Shown here: positions 1-10,439 of the stretch, piece by piece
Layout: every line of letters begins with the position of its first letter
How positions within the stretch are numbered: the first letter of the stretch is position 1
Assembly: GCA_963769095.1 (NCBI GenBank)
Contig: CAVYKO010000009.1
Coordinates: forward strand, 15,510-79,509
DNA length: 64,000 bases
Origin: an uncultured Acidimicrobiaceae bacterium
Lineage (GTDB): Bacteria; Actinomycetota; Acidimicrobiia; Acidimicrobiales; RAAP-2
Direction: 5' to 3'
Program-made: the position numbers and the translations under genes
The notes under the pieces: generated by a model
The model's database searches: none
Seen by the model: the letters and a program-made list of their open reading frames with translations, nothing else
Told to the model about the DNA's origin: nothing

Positions 1-1644
1 GCGACCTTGGGCACCGTGGTGCTGAAGGCACCCGGACCGTTGGTGTTCGAGTTCGAGATGATGATGTCGGCGCTGATCGCGTTGTCGATGCTCTGCGTCG
101 CCGACCGCGACAAGCGACGCACCGAACACGGCGATGGCCGAGACGAGCGCAAGGCCCACCATCAAGGCGGAGGCCGTCTGGGCCGTGCGGCGGGGGCTCC
201 GCATGGAGTTCTCCCGACCCAACCGGCCCGACATGCCCAGCAGCCGGCTCAGAGGTCGCCCGATCACGCTCGACATCGGGCGCGCCACGGCCGGCGCCAG
301 GCGGGCCACGCCGACGAAGATCAGCACCGCGCCCAACCCGACCAGCGCGATCGCCGGCACGATGAGCCCGGCCGCCAGGGCGGCGATCCCGCCCAGGGTG
401 ATGCCCGACCCCCAGGTGAAGCGCCGGCGCAGGGGGATCTCGTACTCCACCTGCTGCTCCGAGACGGCCTCGACCGGCGCGATCCGCACGGCGCGCCGGG
501 CCGGGCCGATGGCCGAGACCATCGTGACCCCGACCCCGACCACCAGGCAGACGATCACCGTGCGCGCCTCGAAGGCGATCGGGCCGGACGGCAACGTGAC
601 CCCGAACCCGCTCAAGAGCGCCTCGAGGCCGAGCGCGGCCAGGACGCCGAGTCCCAAGCCGATCAGCGACGACACGAGGCCGACGATCGCGGCCTCCAGC
701 AACACCGACCGGAAGATCTGCCGCCGGCTGGCCCCGACGATGCGCAGCAGTGCCAGCTCCTTGGTGCGCTGGCCGACGATGATCGAGAAGGTGTTCAGGA
801 TGGTGAAGCCGCCCACGAACAGCGCGATGAAGGCGAACACCAGCAGCGCGGTGTTGAAGAACCCCAAGGCCGAGCTGATTGCGCCCGTCTGCTCGTTGAT
901 GACGGTCTGACCCGTCACCACCTCGACGCCATGGGGCAGCGCCGCCGCGATGGTGCGCTGCACGGCAGCCTTGTCAGCACCGGGCCGCGCCACGACATTG
1001 ATGGCGTCGAACTGCCCCACCTCCCCCATGACGGCCTGCGCGGTCGGCACGTCGAAGGCCGCCAGCGTCGCCCCCGCCAGGTTGTCGGCCGTTCCGAATT
1101 TCGCCAGGCCCGTGATGGTGAACGTACGCGTCGGTCCCTGCAGCAGGATCCGTACCCGGTCGCCGACCGCGAACCCGTTCTTCTGGGCCGTGCCCAGGTC
1201 CATGACGACGTCGTGCGACGTCGTCGGCGCCCGGCCCTGCACCAGCCGCAGGGGGGATATCTGCTCGTTGGGGTCGAAGGCCAGCCCGATCGTCGGTGCC
1301 GCGCCCGAGGTGATGGCCTTGCCGTCGTGGCCGATGTACTGGGCGTAGCCGTTGACCATCCCGGCCGCCGACTCCACCCCGGGCGCCGCCTCCACCTTTG
1401 CGAGAAGGGACTCGGGCACCGTGTTGCGTGTCGCGTTGCCGCCGCTCCCGAACTCTGCAACGCCGCGTACCTGGAAGTCGACGTTCTGGTAGATGTTGCC
1501 GAACAGGGTGTCGAACGTGTTGTGGAGTGTGTCGGTCAGCACGAAGGTGCCAGCGATGAACGTCACCCCGAGCACGATGGCCAGGGCCGTCAGTGCCAGG
1601 CGCAGCTTGTGCGCCAGTAGGCCCTTGATCGTGACCTTCCACAT
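1..1644 (-). CDS. ABC transporter permease, MacB/FtsX-type (partial, 3' end outside window)
   Basis: Absent from the ORF track because it leaves the window. My translation of the minus strand from ATG 1644 gives MWKVTIKGLLAHKLRLALTALAIVLGVTFIAGTFVLTDTLHNTF, a long extracytoplasmic loop, then FtsX-type helices (QRTKELALLRIVGASRRQIFRSVLLEAAIVGL). The start lies 2 nt below the stop of the upstream ATPase. The best frame changes near 105-115 (apparent frameshift). Confidence 0.8.
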   Translation of the reverse strand, partial: MWKVTIKGLLAHKLRLALTALAIVLGVTFIAGTFVLTDTLHNTFDTLFGNIYQNVDFQVRGVAEFGSGGNATRNTVPESLLAKVEAAPGVESAAGMVNGYAQYIGHDGKAITSGAAPTIGLAFDPNEQISPLRLVQGRAPTTSHDVVMDLGTAQKNGFAVGDRVRILLQGPTRTFTITGLAKFGTADNLAGATLAAFDVPTAQAVMGEVGQFDAINVVARPGADKAAVQRTIAAALPHGVEVVTGQTVINEQTGAISSALGFFNTALLVFAFIALFVGGFTILNTFSIIVGQRTKELALLRIVGASRRQIFRSVLLEAAIVGLVSSLIGLGLGVLAALGLEALLSGFGVTLPSGPIAFEARTVIVCLVVGVGVTMVSAIGPARRAVRIAPVEAVSEQQVEYEIPLRRRFTWGSGITLGGIAALAAGLIVPAIALVGLGAVLIFVGVARLAPAVARPMSSVIGRPLSRLLGMSGRLGRENSMRSPRRTAQTASALMVGLALVSAIAVFGASLVAVGDAEHRQRDQRRHHHLELEHQRSGCLQHHGAQGR

Positions 1645-1645
1645 G

Positions 1646-2410
1646 TCAGGCGCCCAGGTTCCGCACCCGCTCGAGCACCGTGTCGGCGGTCGGGTCGGTC
1701 AGCTCGTCGACGACCTGGCCGTCAGCCAGGAACACCACCCGGTCGGCAAAGGCGGCCCCGTGCGGGTCGTGGGTCACCATCACGATCGACTGGCCGAACT
1801 CGGTCACCGACCGCCGCATGAAACCCAGCATCTCCGCCGAGGAGTTCGAGTCGAGATTCCCCGTCGGTTCGTCCGCGAAGATCAGGTCGGGCCGGTTGAT
1901 GAGTGCCCGGGCGCAGGCGCACCGCTGCTGCTGGCCGCCGGACATCTCGGTGGGCCGGTGGTGCAACCGGTCGGTGATGCCGAGCTGTTGCACCAGGTAA
2001 TCGAACCAGTCCTTGTCCACCTTCCTGCCCGCCAGGTCGGCCGGCAGCGTGATGTTCTCGCCCGCCGTCAGCGTCGGGACGAGGTTGAACGACTGGAACA
2101 CGAAGCCGATGCGATCGCGTCGCATCTGGGTCAGGCCCGTGTCGTCGAGTCCCCCGAGGTCGAGATCGCCGACGAAGGCCTGCCCCGACGTCGGCCGGTC
2201 CAGCCCCGCCATGCAGTGCATCAGCGTGGACTTGCCCGAGCCGGACGGCCCCATCACCGCCGTGAAGCGGCCACGCTGGAACGTCACGTTGATGCCGGCC
2301 AGCGCGTGCACGGTGGCGTCGCCCGTGCCGTAGGTCTTGCGGAGCTCGACCGAGTACGCCGCGGGGGTGGCGTCGCGCTGGCCGGTCGATGCCTCGTCGG
2401 TGAGCGTCAC
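1646..2410 (-). CDS. ABC transporter ATP-binding protein (MacB/LolD-like)
   Basis: ORF 1646..2491(-). Walker A GPSGSGKST, signature MSGGQQQR, Walker B LIFADEPTGNLD, H-loop VTHD. I prefer GTG 2410 (GAGG 5 nt upstream) to the track start 2491. The start is uncertain. Confidence 0.9.
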   Translation of the reverse strand: MTLTDEASTGQRDATPAAYSVELRKTYGTGDATVHALAGINVTFQRGRFTAVMGPSGSGKSTLMHCMAGLDRPTSGQAFVGDLDLGGLDDTGLTQMRRDRIGFVFQSFNLVPTLTAGENITLPADLAGRKVDKDWFDYLVQQLGITDRLHHRPTEMSGGQQQRCACARALINRPDLIFADEPTGNLDSNSSAEMLGFMRRSVTEFGQSIVMVTHDPHGAAFADRVVFLADGQVVDELTDPTADTVLERVRNLGA

Positions 2411-2511
2411 GGTGCCTCGATTTCGTCGGGGGGAACGGGCGGGTCGGATGGCGGCCGATCGTTCCCACTCTGACCTGGCACACCGCCCCACACAACCCGG
2501 GACCTCCCTTA

Positions 2512-4615
2512 GTGATCCCGGACCGCTACCCTGAGCCGCACCATCGGACCGACCCGGGGGGCCACGTTCGTGATGAAGGGCGTCAGGCGCTGAACATCGG
2601 CATTGGCCCGGGCGGCGGCAGAACCGCGGTGGCAGGCGTGGTGTCGGTCGCCGCCGTTCTCGTGCTGCAGCTCGCGTTGTTCCCGGTCCCGCTCGGGGTG
2701 TGGGTGCAGGGCCTCATCATCGGCCTCCTCGGCTCTCTCATGGCGGTCGGCCTCGGTCTCACCTATCGGATGAACAAGGTCGTCAACTTCTCCCAGGGGG
2801 ACCTCGGCACCGCGCCGGCGGTGCTCGCCGTCGGCCTCATCGGCTTCTCCGGCGTCAACTACTTCCTCGGTCTCGCCACCGGACTCGTCGCCTCGGTCAT
2901 CCTCACCGCCACCGTCGAGATCCTGGTCGTCCGCCGCTTCCGTCGGTCGCCCCGTCTCATCCTCACCGTCGCGACCATCGGGCTCGCCCAGCTCCTGGTC
3001 GTGATCGCGCTGCTCATCCCGCGCATCTGGGGCCAGGCGCCGATCTCGACCGCAGTCGTCAGCTTCCCCTGGCACTTCACCTGGCACATTGCGCCCGTCG
3101 TCTTCAACAGCGACGATCTTGTCGCCGTCATCGTCTCCGTGGGCTGCCTTGTCGCGGTGTCGCTCTGGTTCACCAAGACCGACATCGGGATCGCCGTGCA
3201 GGCGGCGGGAGACCGCCGCGACCGCGCCTCGATGCTCGGCATCCCCGTCGGCCGCCTGCAGTCCATCACCTGGGTGGTCGCGGGCGTCCTGTCGTTCGTC
3301 ACCATCTTCTTCCAGGCGGCCATCCTCGGCCTGCCCCTCGATCCGACCTACGGCCTCACCGCGCTCGTCACCGCGCTCGCCGCCCTGGCGCTCGGCAACT
3401 TCACCGAGCTGCCGGTCATCGCCGCGTCCGCCGTCGTATTGGGCGTGCTCCAGCAGGGCGTCGCGTGGAACGACCCGGCCGATCCCGCCCTCGGGCTCGC
3501 GGTCCTCGCCGCGGTCGTCTTCGGTGCCATCCTCGTCCGGCAACTGTTCGCATCCCGTCGCGACCGCGAGGTGGAGGCGACGCTGTCGCTCGCCGGCAGC
3601 GTGCGCGATCTGCCGGCCGCGGCCCGCGACCTCACCGAGGTCAAGGTGGCGAGGCCCACGGGCGCCGCCATCGCCTTCGCCGCCGCGTGCACCCTCCCGC
3701 TCTGGATGGGTCAAGGCGAGCTCATCCGCGCCTCGGCCCTCGTCGCGCTCGCCGTCGTCGGCTGCTCGATCGTCGTCCTCACCGGCTGGTCCGGACAGGT
3801 CAGCCTCGGCCAGATGTCGTTCGCCGCCCTCGGCGGCGTCATGGGCGCCGTCGCGCTCATCGACTGGCACTGGGACCTGAGCCTCGCCTTCCTCCTCGCC
3901 GGTGCGACCGCCGCCGTCGTCGCGGTCGTCGTGGGTCTCCCGACATTGCGCCTCGACGGCATGTTCGCCGCGGTCACGACGCTCGCCTTCGCCCTCGCCG
4001 CTTCGGGTTACTTGCTCGTTCCTGCCGAGTTCTCGTGGATCCCGCAGGGCCAGCTCGGCACCCCGTACCTCTTCGGCGTCTCCATCACGTCGCAGGCCTC
4101 GACCTTCGAGCTGAGCCTCGGCGTGCTCGTGCTCGTGCTCGCCGCGATCCAGGGCCTGCGCCACAGCCGTGTCGGCCGCGTCCTGCGCGCGCTGCCGGCG
4201 AACCAACGTGCCGCGTCGGGCTACGGCGTCAGCATCGTGTGGGCCAAGCTGACGGCGTTCGCGATCTCCGGCTTCATCGCGGGCCTGGCCGGGGTCCTGC
4301 TGCTCCTGGCCACCCAGTCGTATCAGGAAACGTCGTTCTTGGCCTCGGCCAGCCTCGTCGTCTTCACGTCCACCGCCGTCGGAGGGCTCTCGTCGTCCCT
4401 CGGCGCCGTCCTCGGCGCGGCCATCGTCGAGGGCAGCGTCGTCTACCTGCCGCCCAGCTGGCAGCTCTTCCCTGCCCGCGCTCGGCGTGATCATCGTGCT
4501 CATCCTCTTTCCCCGGGGGCTGGCCGGCCTCTGCTACGACCTGCGCGACTGGGCGGTCGGCGCGCTCGAGCGCCGCCACACCGCCGCGCCCATCACCCCG
4601 GCGGTCGCGCCGTGA
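2512..4615 (+). CDS. Branched-chain-amino-acid-type ABC permease, fused LivH-like and LivM-like halves (apparent frameshift near 4470)
   Basis: First part of ORF 2512..5280. LivH-like half: NFSQGDLGTAPAVL, DRASMLGIPVGRLQSITWVVAGVL. LivM-like half: TGWSGQVSLGQMSFAALGG, NQRAASGYGVSIVWAKLTAFAISGFIAGLAG. After ...YLPPSWQLF the natural C-terminus LPALGVIIVLILFPRGLAGLCYDL...PAVAP-stop is in the +1 frame and ends at TGA 4613-4615. The exact start is uncertain. Confidence 0.8.
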
Positions 4616-7562
4616 GCCCCGGCCGACTTGCCACCATCCGCCAGCTCGGCGGTGGCGTGTCGTTGTTCCCCCTGGGCGTGCTCGCGGCGATCCAGTTGCT
4701 CGACCAAGCAACGCAGAGCGCCTTCAACGTGCTGACGCCGAACATCCGCGACGCCTTCGGGCTGACCAACGCCGGGATCCTTCTCATCGTCGCCGTCGCC
4801 GGCGCCGCCGGGCTGGCGTGCACCCTCCCGGTCGCCGTGCTCGCCGACCGCATGAACCGTGTGCGCATCGCCCTCATCGGCGCCCTCATCGGCGCCGCCT
4901 TCTCCATCGGCGTCGGCCTGGCCAACTCGGTGGTGCTGGTCACCGTCATGCTCGTCGGTGTCTACATGGGACAGGCCGTCATCTTCCCCACCCACAACTC
5001 CCTGCTGGCCGACTACTACCCGGTGCCCGCCCGTCCACGCGTCTACTCGACGCACCGGGCGGGATACAGCATCGGCGTCATCGCCGGCGTCCTGATCGGC
5101 GCCGGGTCTCGCCACCCTCTTTTCGTGGCGCGCACCGTTCCTGATCTTCGCGGTGCCCATCATCATCGTCGTCATCATCGGGACCCGCCTGCACGAGCCG
5201 CCGCGGGGCCGGCACGAACAACTCGAGCTCTCGGAACAGATGGTGGCGTCCGAGCTCGGTCAGCCCGCGCCCCTCGGTGACGCGCCGGTCGTCGACGCAC
5301 CGGTGGAACCGCCGCCATCGTTGGGCGAAGCCTGGCGCACGGTCTGGAAGGTCAGCGCCCTGCGCCGCATCTTCATCGCCCTGCCCTTCCTCGCCGCCTC
5401 GATCGCCGGCTTCGCCTCGTTGGCCTCGTTGCAGTACCAGCAGACCTTCCACCTCGATGCACTCCAGCGCGCGTACCTCACGGCACCGGTCGAAGTCTTC
5501 GACCTCCTCGGCCTCGCTGTGGGTGCAACGATCGCGACCCGCCTCGCCAAGCGCGAGGTCGGGCTCGTGTTCCGCATGCTCGCCGTCGCCTCGCTCATTG
5601 CGGCGGGGTTCGCTGTGCTCTTCGCACTGGCTCCGAACGTCCCCGTCGCGTTCATCGGGAACGCCGGCATCGTCGCCTGCCTCGCCGTGGTCGGTCCCGG
5701 CGTCCTGTCGTCCCTGTCGCTCGCCATCCCGGCCCGTGTCCGTTCCGTCGGGTTTTCCATCGGCGCGCTGTTCGTGCTGCCGGGGCTCCTCGTGCTCCCC
5801 ATCGTCGGGGGCATCGGCGACGCGATCGGGTTCCGCTACGGCCTCTTGCTGCTCGTGCCCGTGTTCACCGTCGGCGGGTTGATCGTGGCGAGCGCCGGGA
5901 GCCTCATCGGAGATGACGTCCGCGACGTCTGGACCTCCATGCGTACGAGGACGCAGATGTTGGCCGACCGTCGCGACGGCAAGCTGCCCCTGCTCGCCGT
6001 GCGCGACCTGCGCGTGGGCTACGACGGCGTCCCGGTGCTCTCCGACGTGGCGATCGAGATCGGCGAGGGCGAGATCGTCGCCATCGTCGGGACGAATGGA
6101 GCCGGCAAGTCGACGCTGCTGCGGGCGATCGGCGGAGTCGTCGAGGCGGACAACGGCGCCATCGTCTTCGACGGGCGCGACATCACGCACCTGCCGCCGG
6201 ACGAGATCGCCCGCCTGGGCGTGGCCCAGGTGCCCGGCGGGGAGGGGACGTTCCCGAGCCTGCGCATCGAGGAGAACCTGCGGGCCGCCGCCTGGCAGGG
6301 CCGCCGGCGTGGTGAGAGCGACACCCAGATGATCGAGGACGCCTTCGCCGCCTTCCCGACCCTCGCCGAGCGCCGCGGCGAGCGGGCCGCCAACCTCTCG
6401 GGTGGGCAGCAGCAGATGCTCGCGCTCGCCATGGCGACCATCACCCGGCCCAAGCTGTTCCTCATCGACGAGCTCTCGCTCGGGCTCTCGCCGATCGTGG
6501 TCGAGCAGCTGCTCGGGGCGATCGAGTCGATGCGCGCAGGCCGGCACGGCCATCCTGCTCGTCGAGCAGTCGATGAACGTCGCCGTCGCGGTGGCGGACC
6601 GCGTCTACGTCATGGACACCGGCGTCGTGCGGTTCACCGGTACGGCCGCCGAGCTGGCCGCCCATCCCGAGCTGCTGTGGTCGGTCTACCTGCAGAAGGC
6701 GTCCGACTCGCTCGCGGCCCAACCCGCCGGGCCCCGTCCCGGACGCGACGGCCACGAACTCGAGGTGCGCGGGCTGGCGCTCAGGTTCGGGGGCAACGCC
6801 GCCCTCGACGACGTGTCGCTGCACGCCGGCCACGGCGAGCTGGTCGGGATCATCGGCCCCAACGGCGCCGGGAAGACGACGCTGTTCGACGTCGTCTCGG
6901 GTTTCTTGCGGCCCGACGAAGGCAAGGTCGAGCTCTGCGGCGTCGATGTCACCGATCGCACGGCCGCCAGCCGGGCTCGGCTCGGGCTCGGCCGCTCCTT
7001 CCAGGACTCGCGCCTATTCTCCGCTCTCACCGTCCGGGACGCCCTGGCCGTCTCCCTCGAGCGGTTCACCGACGTCGCCGACCCCTTCAACGCGATGCTC
7101 CGCCTGCCCGTGCTGGTGCGCACGGAAGCGGCGGTCCGGCGGCGGGTGGACGAGCTCATGGAGATGTTCGGGCTCGAACGCTTCGCCGACAATCTCGTCA
7201 GCGAGCTGTCGACGGGGTCGCGGCGGCTCGTCGACCTGGCCGCCGTCGTCGCGCACCAGCCCACTGTGGTGCTCCTCGACGAGCCTTCGTCGGGAGTGGC
7301 GCAGCGCGAGGTGGAGGCGATGCTGGGGTTGCTCCGCAACGTCCGCGACCAGCTGGACGCCACGATGCTGATCGTCGAGCACGACATCGCCTTCATCGCG
7401 GAGCTGGCCGACCGCCTTGTGGCGATGGACCGGGGCGCGGTCATCGCCAGCGGCCCGCCGGCCGACGTCCTGCAGTCGCCCATGGTGGGCGAGGCCTTCC
7501 TCGGATCCGACCCGCTCGCGCTCTCGCGGACGGGTCCTGTTGCGGGCGCCGGAAGCGAGTGA
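4612..7562 (+). CDS. MFS-like 12-TM domain fused to two Liv-type ABC ATPase domains (LivF-like then LivG-like); two apparent frameshifts
   Basis: GTG 4612 overlaps the permease stop (GTGA). The N-terminal ~430 aa are two six-helix halves with a central loop. The first ATPase shows VRDLRVGYDG, GTNGAGKSTLL, LSGGQQQMLALA, LIDELSLGLSP. The second shows LEVRGLALRFGG, GPNGAGKTTLF, LSTGSRRLVDLA, LLDEPSSGV. The frame changes at ~5105 (GGG run) and ~6536. The pieces are ORFs 2512..5280, 5153..7567 and 6402..7562. Confidence 0.75.
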
Positions 7563-7563
7563 C

Positions 7564-9333
7564 ATGACCGAGCCCGAAACGACCGAGACGCCAGCCCCTG
7601 CGCCGGCGTCGCTCACGGAACGGCCGTGGCCGCGGGTCAGCCGGGTCCGCATGGCGGTGCCCGTGATCCTCATCATCGGGGCGCTCGTCGCCGCCGGCAT
7701 CGTCGCCACGGTGAACGAGTCGAACCACTCGATGCCGGCGGCGACACCGACAACGAACCCGCACGCCACGACGTCGTCGTCGGTCCCGATCACCTACGCC
7801 GCAGCCGCCAAGGAGGGCAAGGTGTCGTCCTACGACTGGGGACCCCAGTGCGACCACCACACCGGCCGCCTCAAGATGCCGACCGTGTACTCGCCGCCCT
7901 GCGTGCCGGTGCCGACCGGGTCCAACGGGGGCGCCACCTGGGCCGGCGTGACCGCCACGGCTATCAACGTCGTCTACTACTACGCCCAGCCCGGAGGCCT
8001 GGCCTCGACGATCTCGGGCGCGGCAGGGACGCCCGCCCAGGCGCTGGCCACCGTCCAGGCCTACGTCGCCATGCTCAACAAGATCTACGTGATGTACGGC
8101 CGCCACGTGAATCTCATCCCGTTCGAGGCCAGCGGCGCCGACACCGACCCGGTGGCGGCACACGCCGACGCCGTCACCGTGGCGGACCAGGACCATGCCT
8201 TCGCCTCCATCGGCGGCCCGGGCGAGACCACGGCCTACGAGACGGAGCTCGCCCGCCTGCACGTGCTCTGCGTCGGCTGCGGCGACTCGTCCCTCAACGC
8301 CTTGATCCAACAGGACGCGCCCTACCAATGGGCCAACCTGCCCACTGCGGACACTTCGTTGAACGAGACCGTCGACTACCTCGTCGCCAAGCTGAACGGG
8401 AAGGACGCGATCTGGGCCGGCGACCCGTCGCTGCACTCGCACAAACGGTCGTTCATCGTCGTGAGCGAGACATCGCAGCCACCGGCACCGGGATTCAACG
8501 AGTTGACCGCGCAGCTCGAGAAGAAGCTCCGGGACGGACACGTCGACGTGGCGTCGCCCGCCGACCTCACCTACACGCTCAACCTGACGACCCTGCCCAC
8601 CCAGGCCGCCACGCTGGCCGAGAAGCTGAAGACGTCCGGCGCGACGAGCGTCGTGTTCGCCGGCGACCCGATCATGCCGATCTACCTCACCAAGGCCTGC
8701 GCCACCATCGGCTACTTCCCCGAGTGGATCATCACTGGCATCGTCCTCACCGACACCTCAGCGCTGGGCCGCTACTACGACCCGAGCGAATGGTCGCATG
8801 CATTCGGCGTGTCCAGCCTGGCGGTCCCGGTCCCCGTGGCGACCAGCGACTCGTACCACCTCTACCGGTGGTGGTACGGCGCCAACACCAGCCCCGCCTC
8901 GCTCGCCGCGCCGGCCATCCTCCCCGCGTACCAGCAGTTCTTCACCGGTGTGCAGCTCGCCGGCCCGCACCTGACGCCCCAGACCTATCACCGAGGGCCT
9001 GTTCCGGGCCCCGCCCACCGGCGGCGGCCCGACCACCCCGCTCAGGCCTACGGCTACCAGGGGGCGGCACCGCACCCGAGCTACTCCTCGCCGGCCGACT
9101 ACACGTTCCTCTGGTACGACGCCACCGCCAAGGGGCCCGACGAGGAAGGCACGGTCGGCACCGGCCTCATGCAGCACGTCAACGGCGGGGCGCGCTACAA
9201 GGCCGGCACCGTGCCCACCGGATCCGTGCCGATGTTCTCGACCGCCGGCGCGGTGACGACGTACGCGACGCCACCCGACAGGGCGCCGTCGTACCCGGCG
9301 TGGCCGGGGTCACCCGCCGCCTCCGGGCACTAG
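7564..9333 (+). CDS. Membrane-anchored ABC substrate-binding protein candidate (Leu/Ile/Val-binding type by context)
   Basis: ATG 7564 lies 2 nt after the ATPase stop, inside ORF 7417..9333. It has a hydrophobic anchor VPVILIIGALVAAGIVATV, a Thr/Ser-rich linker and a ~550-aa exported domain. The family call rests on operon context only. A 60-nt stretch (8988-9045) reads better in another frame. Confidence 0.6.
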   Translation: MTEPETTETPAPAPASLTERPWPRVSRVRMAVPVILIIGALVAAGIVATVNESNHSMPAATPTTNPHATTSSSVPITYAAAAKEGKVSSYDWGPQCDHHTGRLKMPTVYSPPCVPVPTGSNGGATWAGVTATAINVVYYYAQPGGLASTISGAAGTPAQALATVQAYVAMLNKIYVMYGRHVNLIPFEASGADTDPVAAHADAVTVADQDHAFASIGGPGETTAYETELARLHVLCVGCGDSSLNALIQQDAPYQWANLPTADTSLNETVDYLVAKLNGKDAIWAGDPSLHSHKRSFIVVSETSQPPAPGFNELTAQLEKKLRDGHVDVASPADLTYTLNLTTLPTQAATLAEKLKTSGATSVVFAGDPIMPIYLTKACATIGYFPEWIITGIVLTDTSALGRYYDPSEWSHAFGVSSLAVPVPVATSDSYHLYRWWYGANTSPASLAAPAILPAYQQFFTGVQLAGPHLTPQTYHRGPVPGPAHRRRPDHPAQAYGYQGAAPHPSYSSPADYTFLWYDATAKGPDEEGTVGTGLMQHVNGGARYKAGTVPTGSVPMFSTAGAVTTYATPPDRAPSYPAWPGSPAASGH

Positions 9334-9358
9334 CCACCCGGTCGAAAAGGGGGGCTAG
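9330..9358 (+). terminator. Possible stem-loop terminator after the binding-protein gene
   Basis: CTAGCCACCC-GGTCGAAAA-GGGGGGCTAG: 10-nt arms with one mismatch, overlapping the TAG stop. There is no U tract. Confidence 0.25.
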
Positions 9359-9465
9359 CCCCAGGGCGAGACGCCCGGTAGCGGCATTCTCCCTGCGAGT
9401 CAGACCCTTCATTCTTTGAGGGCGGAGCCCGGCAACCCCGACCGGAGCACCGAAAAGGAGCCCTC

Positions 9466-10411
9466 ATGATCGTCACCCGCGGACTGACGAAGCGCTACGG
9501 CAAGACCGTGGCCGTCGACGGACTGAGCTTCACCGTGACCCCAGGCGTCGTCACCGGATTCCTCGGTCCGAACGGTTCGGGCAAGTCCACGACCATGCGC
9601 ATGATCATGGGCCTCGACCTCCCCGACGCGGGTGCCGCCACGGTCAACGGCCTGCTCTACGAGGAGCTGCGGTGGCCGTTGCGCGAGGTCGGCGCCCTCC
9701 TCGACGCCAAGGCGTTCCATCCCGGACGCACGGCGCGCCAGCACCTGCGCTACTTGGCCAAGTCGAGCGAGATCCCCGAGGCGCGCATCGACGAGGTGCT
9801 CGACGTCGTGGGTCTCACTTCGGTGGCGGACCAGCGGGCGGGCAAGTTCTCCCTCGGGATGGGTCAGCGGCTCGGCATTGCCGGTGCGCTGCTCGGCGAC
9901 CCGGGCGTCCTGTTCTTCGACGAGCCGGTCAACGGGCTCGACCCCGAGGGCATCCGCTGGGCGCGCCACCTCCTGCGCAGCCTGGCCGCCGAGGGCCGCA
10001 CCGTCCTTGTATCCAGCCACCTCATCAGCGAGATGGCGCTCACCGCCGAGCGCCTCGTGGTCATCGGGCGGGGCACCCTCATCGCCGAGACCAGCGTCGA
10101 GGAGTTCGCCGCGCAGCATCAGGCCGAGGCGGTGCGCGTCGTCACGCCGACCCCCCAACTCCTGGTTTCCGCGTTGTCGTCGGGCCGGCGTGCGTCCCAC
10201 CGTCGCGGAAGACGGCGGCATCGTCGTGACCGGCTTGCAGTCCGCCCAGATCGGCGAGATCGCCGCCGGCTCCTCACTGACCCTGCACGAGCTGACTCCG
10301 ATCCGCGCCTCGTTGGAAGACGCCTTCATGGAACTCACGTCCGACTCGGTCGAATACCGCTCGCGCGACGTGGGGGATCATCCCGAACTCGTCTCGGCCT
10401 CCCCACGTTGA
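9466..10411 (+). CDS. ABC-2 type transporter ATP-binding protein (apparent frameshift near 10183)
   Basis: ORF 9466..10443 shows GPNGSGKSTTM, FSLGMGQRLGIAGAL, LFFDEPVNGLDP, SSHLISE. The natural C-terminus (VRPTVAEDGGIVVTGLQSAQIGEIAAGSSLTLHELTPIRASLEDAFMELT) continues in ORF 9632..10411 after a GGG run. Confidence 0.85.
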
Positions 10412-10439
10412 CCGCCCAGCCAGAAAGAAAGGACTCGTT

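Noticed and set aside
7-1620. 537-aa plus-strand ORF
   Set aside because: It is the antisense shadow of the FtsX-type permease. The translation is Arg/Asp/His/Gly-rich with no motif, while the minus strand gives a clean permease sequence.
2509-4503. 664-aa minus-strand ORF
   Set aside because: It is antisense to the LivH/LivM permease. Its composition (D/E/R/G runs) is typical of off-frame high-GC ORFs.
2512-5280. Single 922-aa protein as listed in the track
   Set aside because: It is a composite. The permease C-terminus switches frame at ~4470 and stops at 4615. A new gene starts at GTG 4612 in the track frame, and its own frame switches at ~5105.
5078-6553. 491-aa minus-strand ORF, and similar long ORFs such as 7441..8541(-), 9409..10338(-), 17351..18757(-), 20376..21686(-), 25438..26478(-), 26750..27769(-), 29514..30962(+), 33071..34093(-), 34429..35895(-), 40748..41725(+), 43378..44838(+), 47929..48834(-), 49432..50559(-), 50901..51824(-), 52365..53258(-), 54310..55533(+) and 57886..59079(-)
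   Set aside because: Each overlaps a gene with recognisable motifs on the other strand or frame. Each has the Arg/Gly/Asp/His-rich composition of shadow ORFs in 70%-GC DNA.
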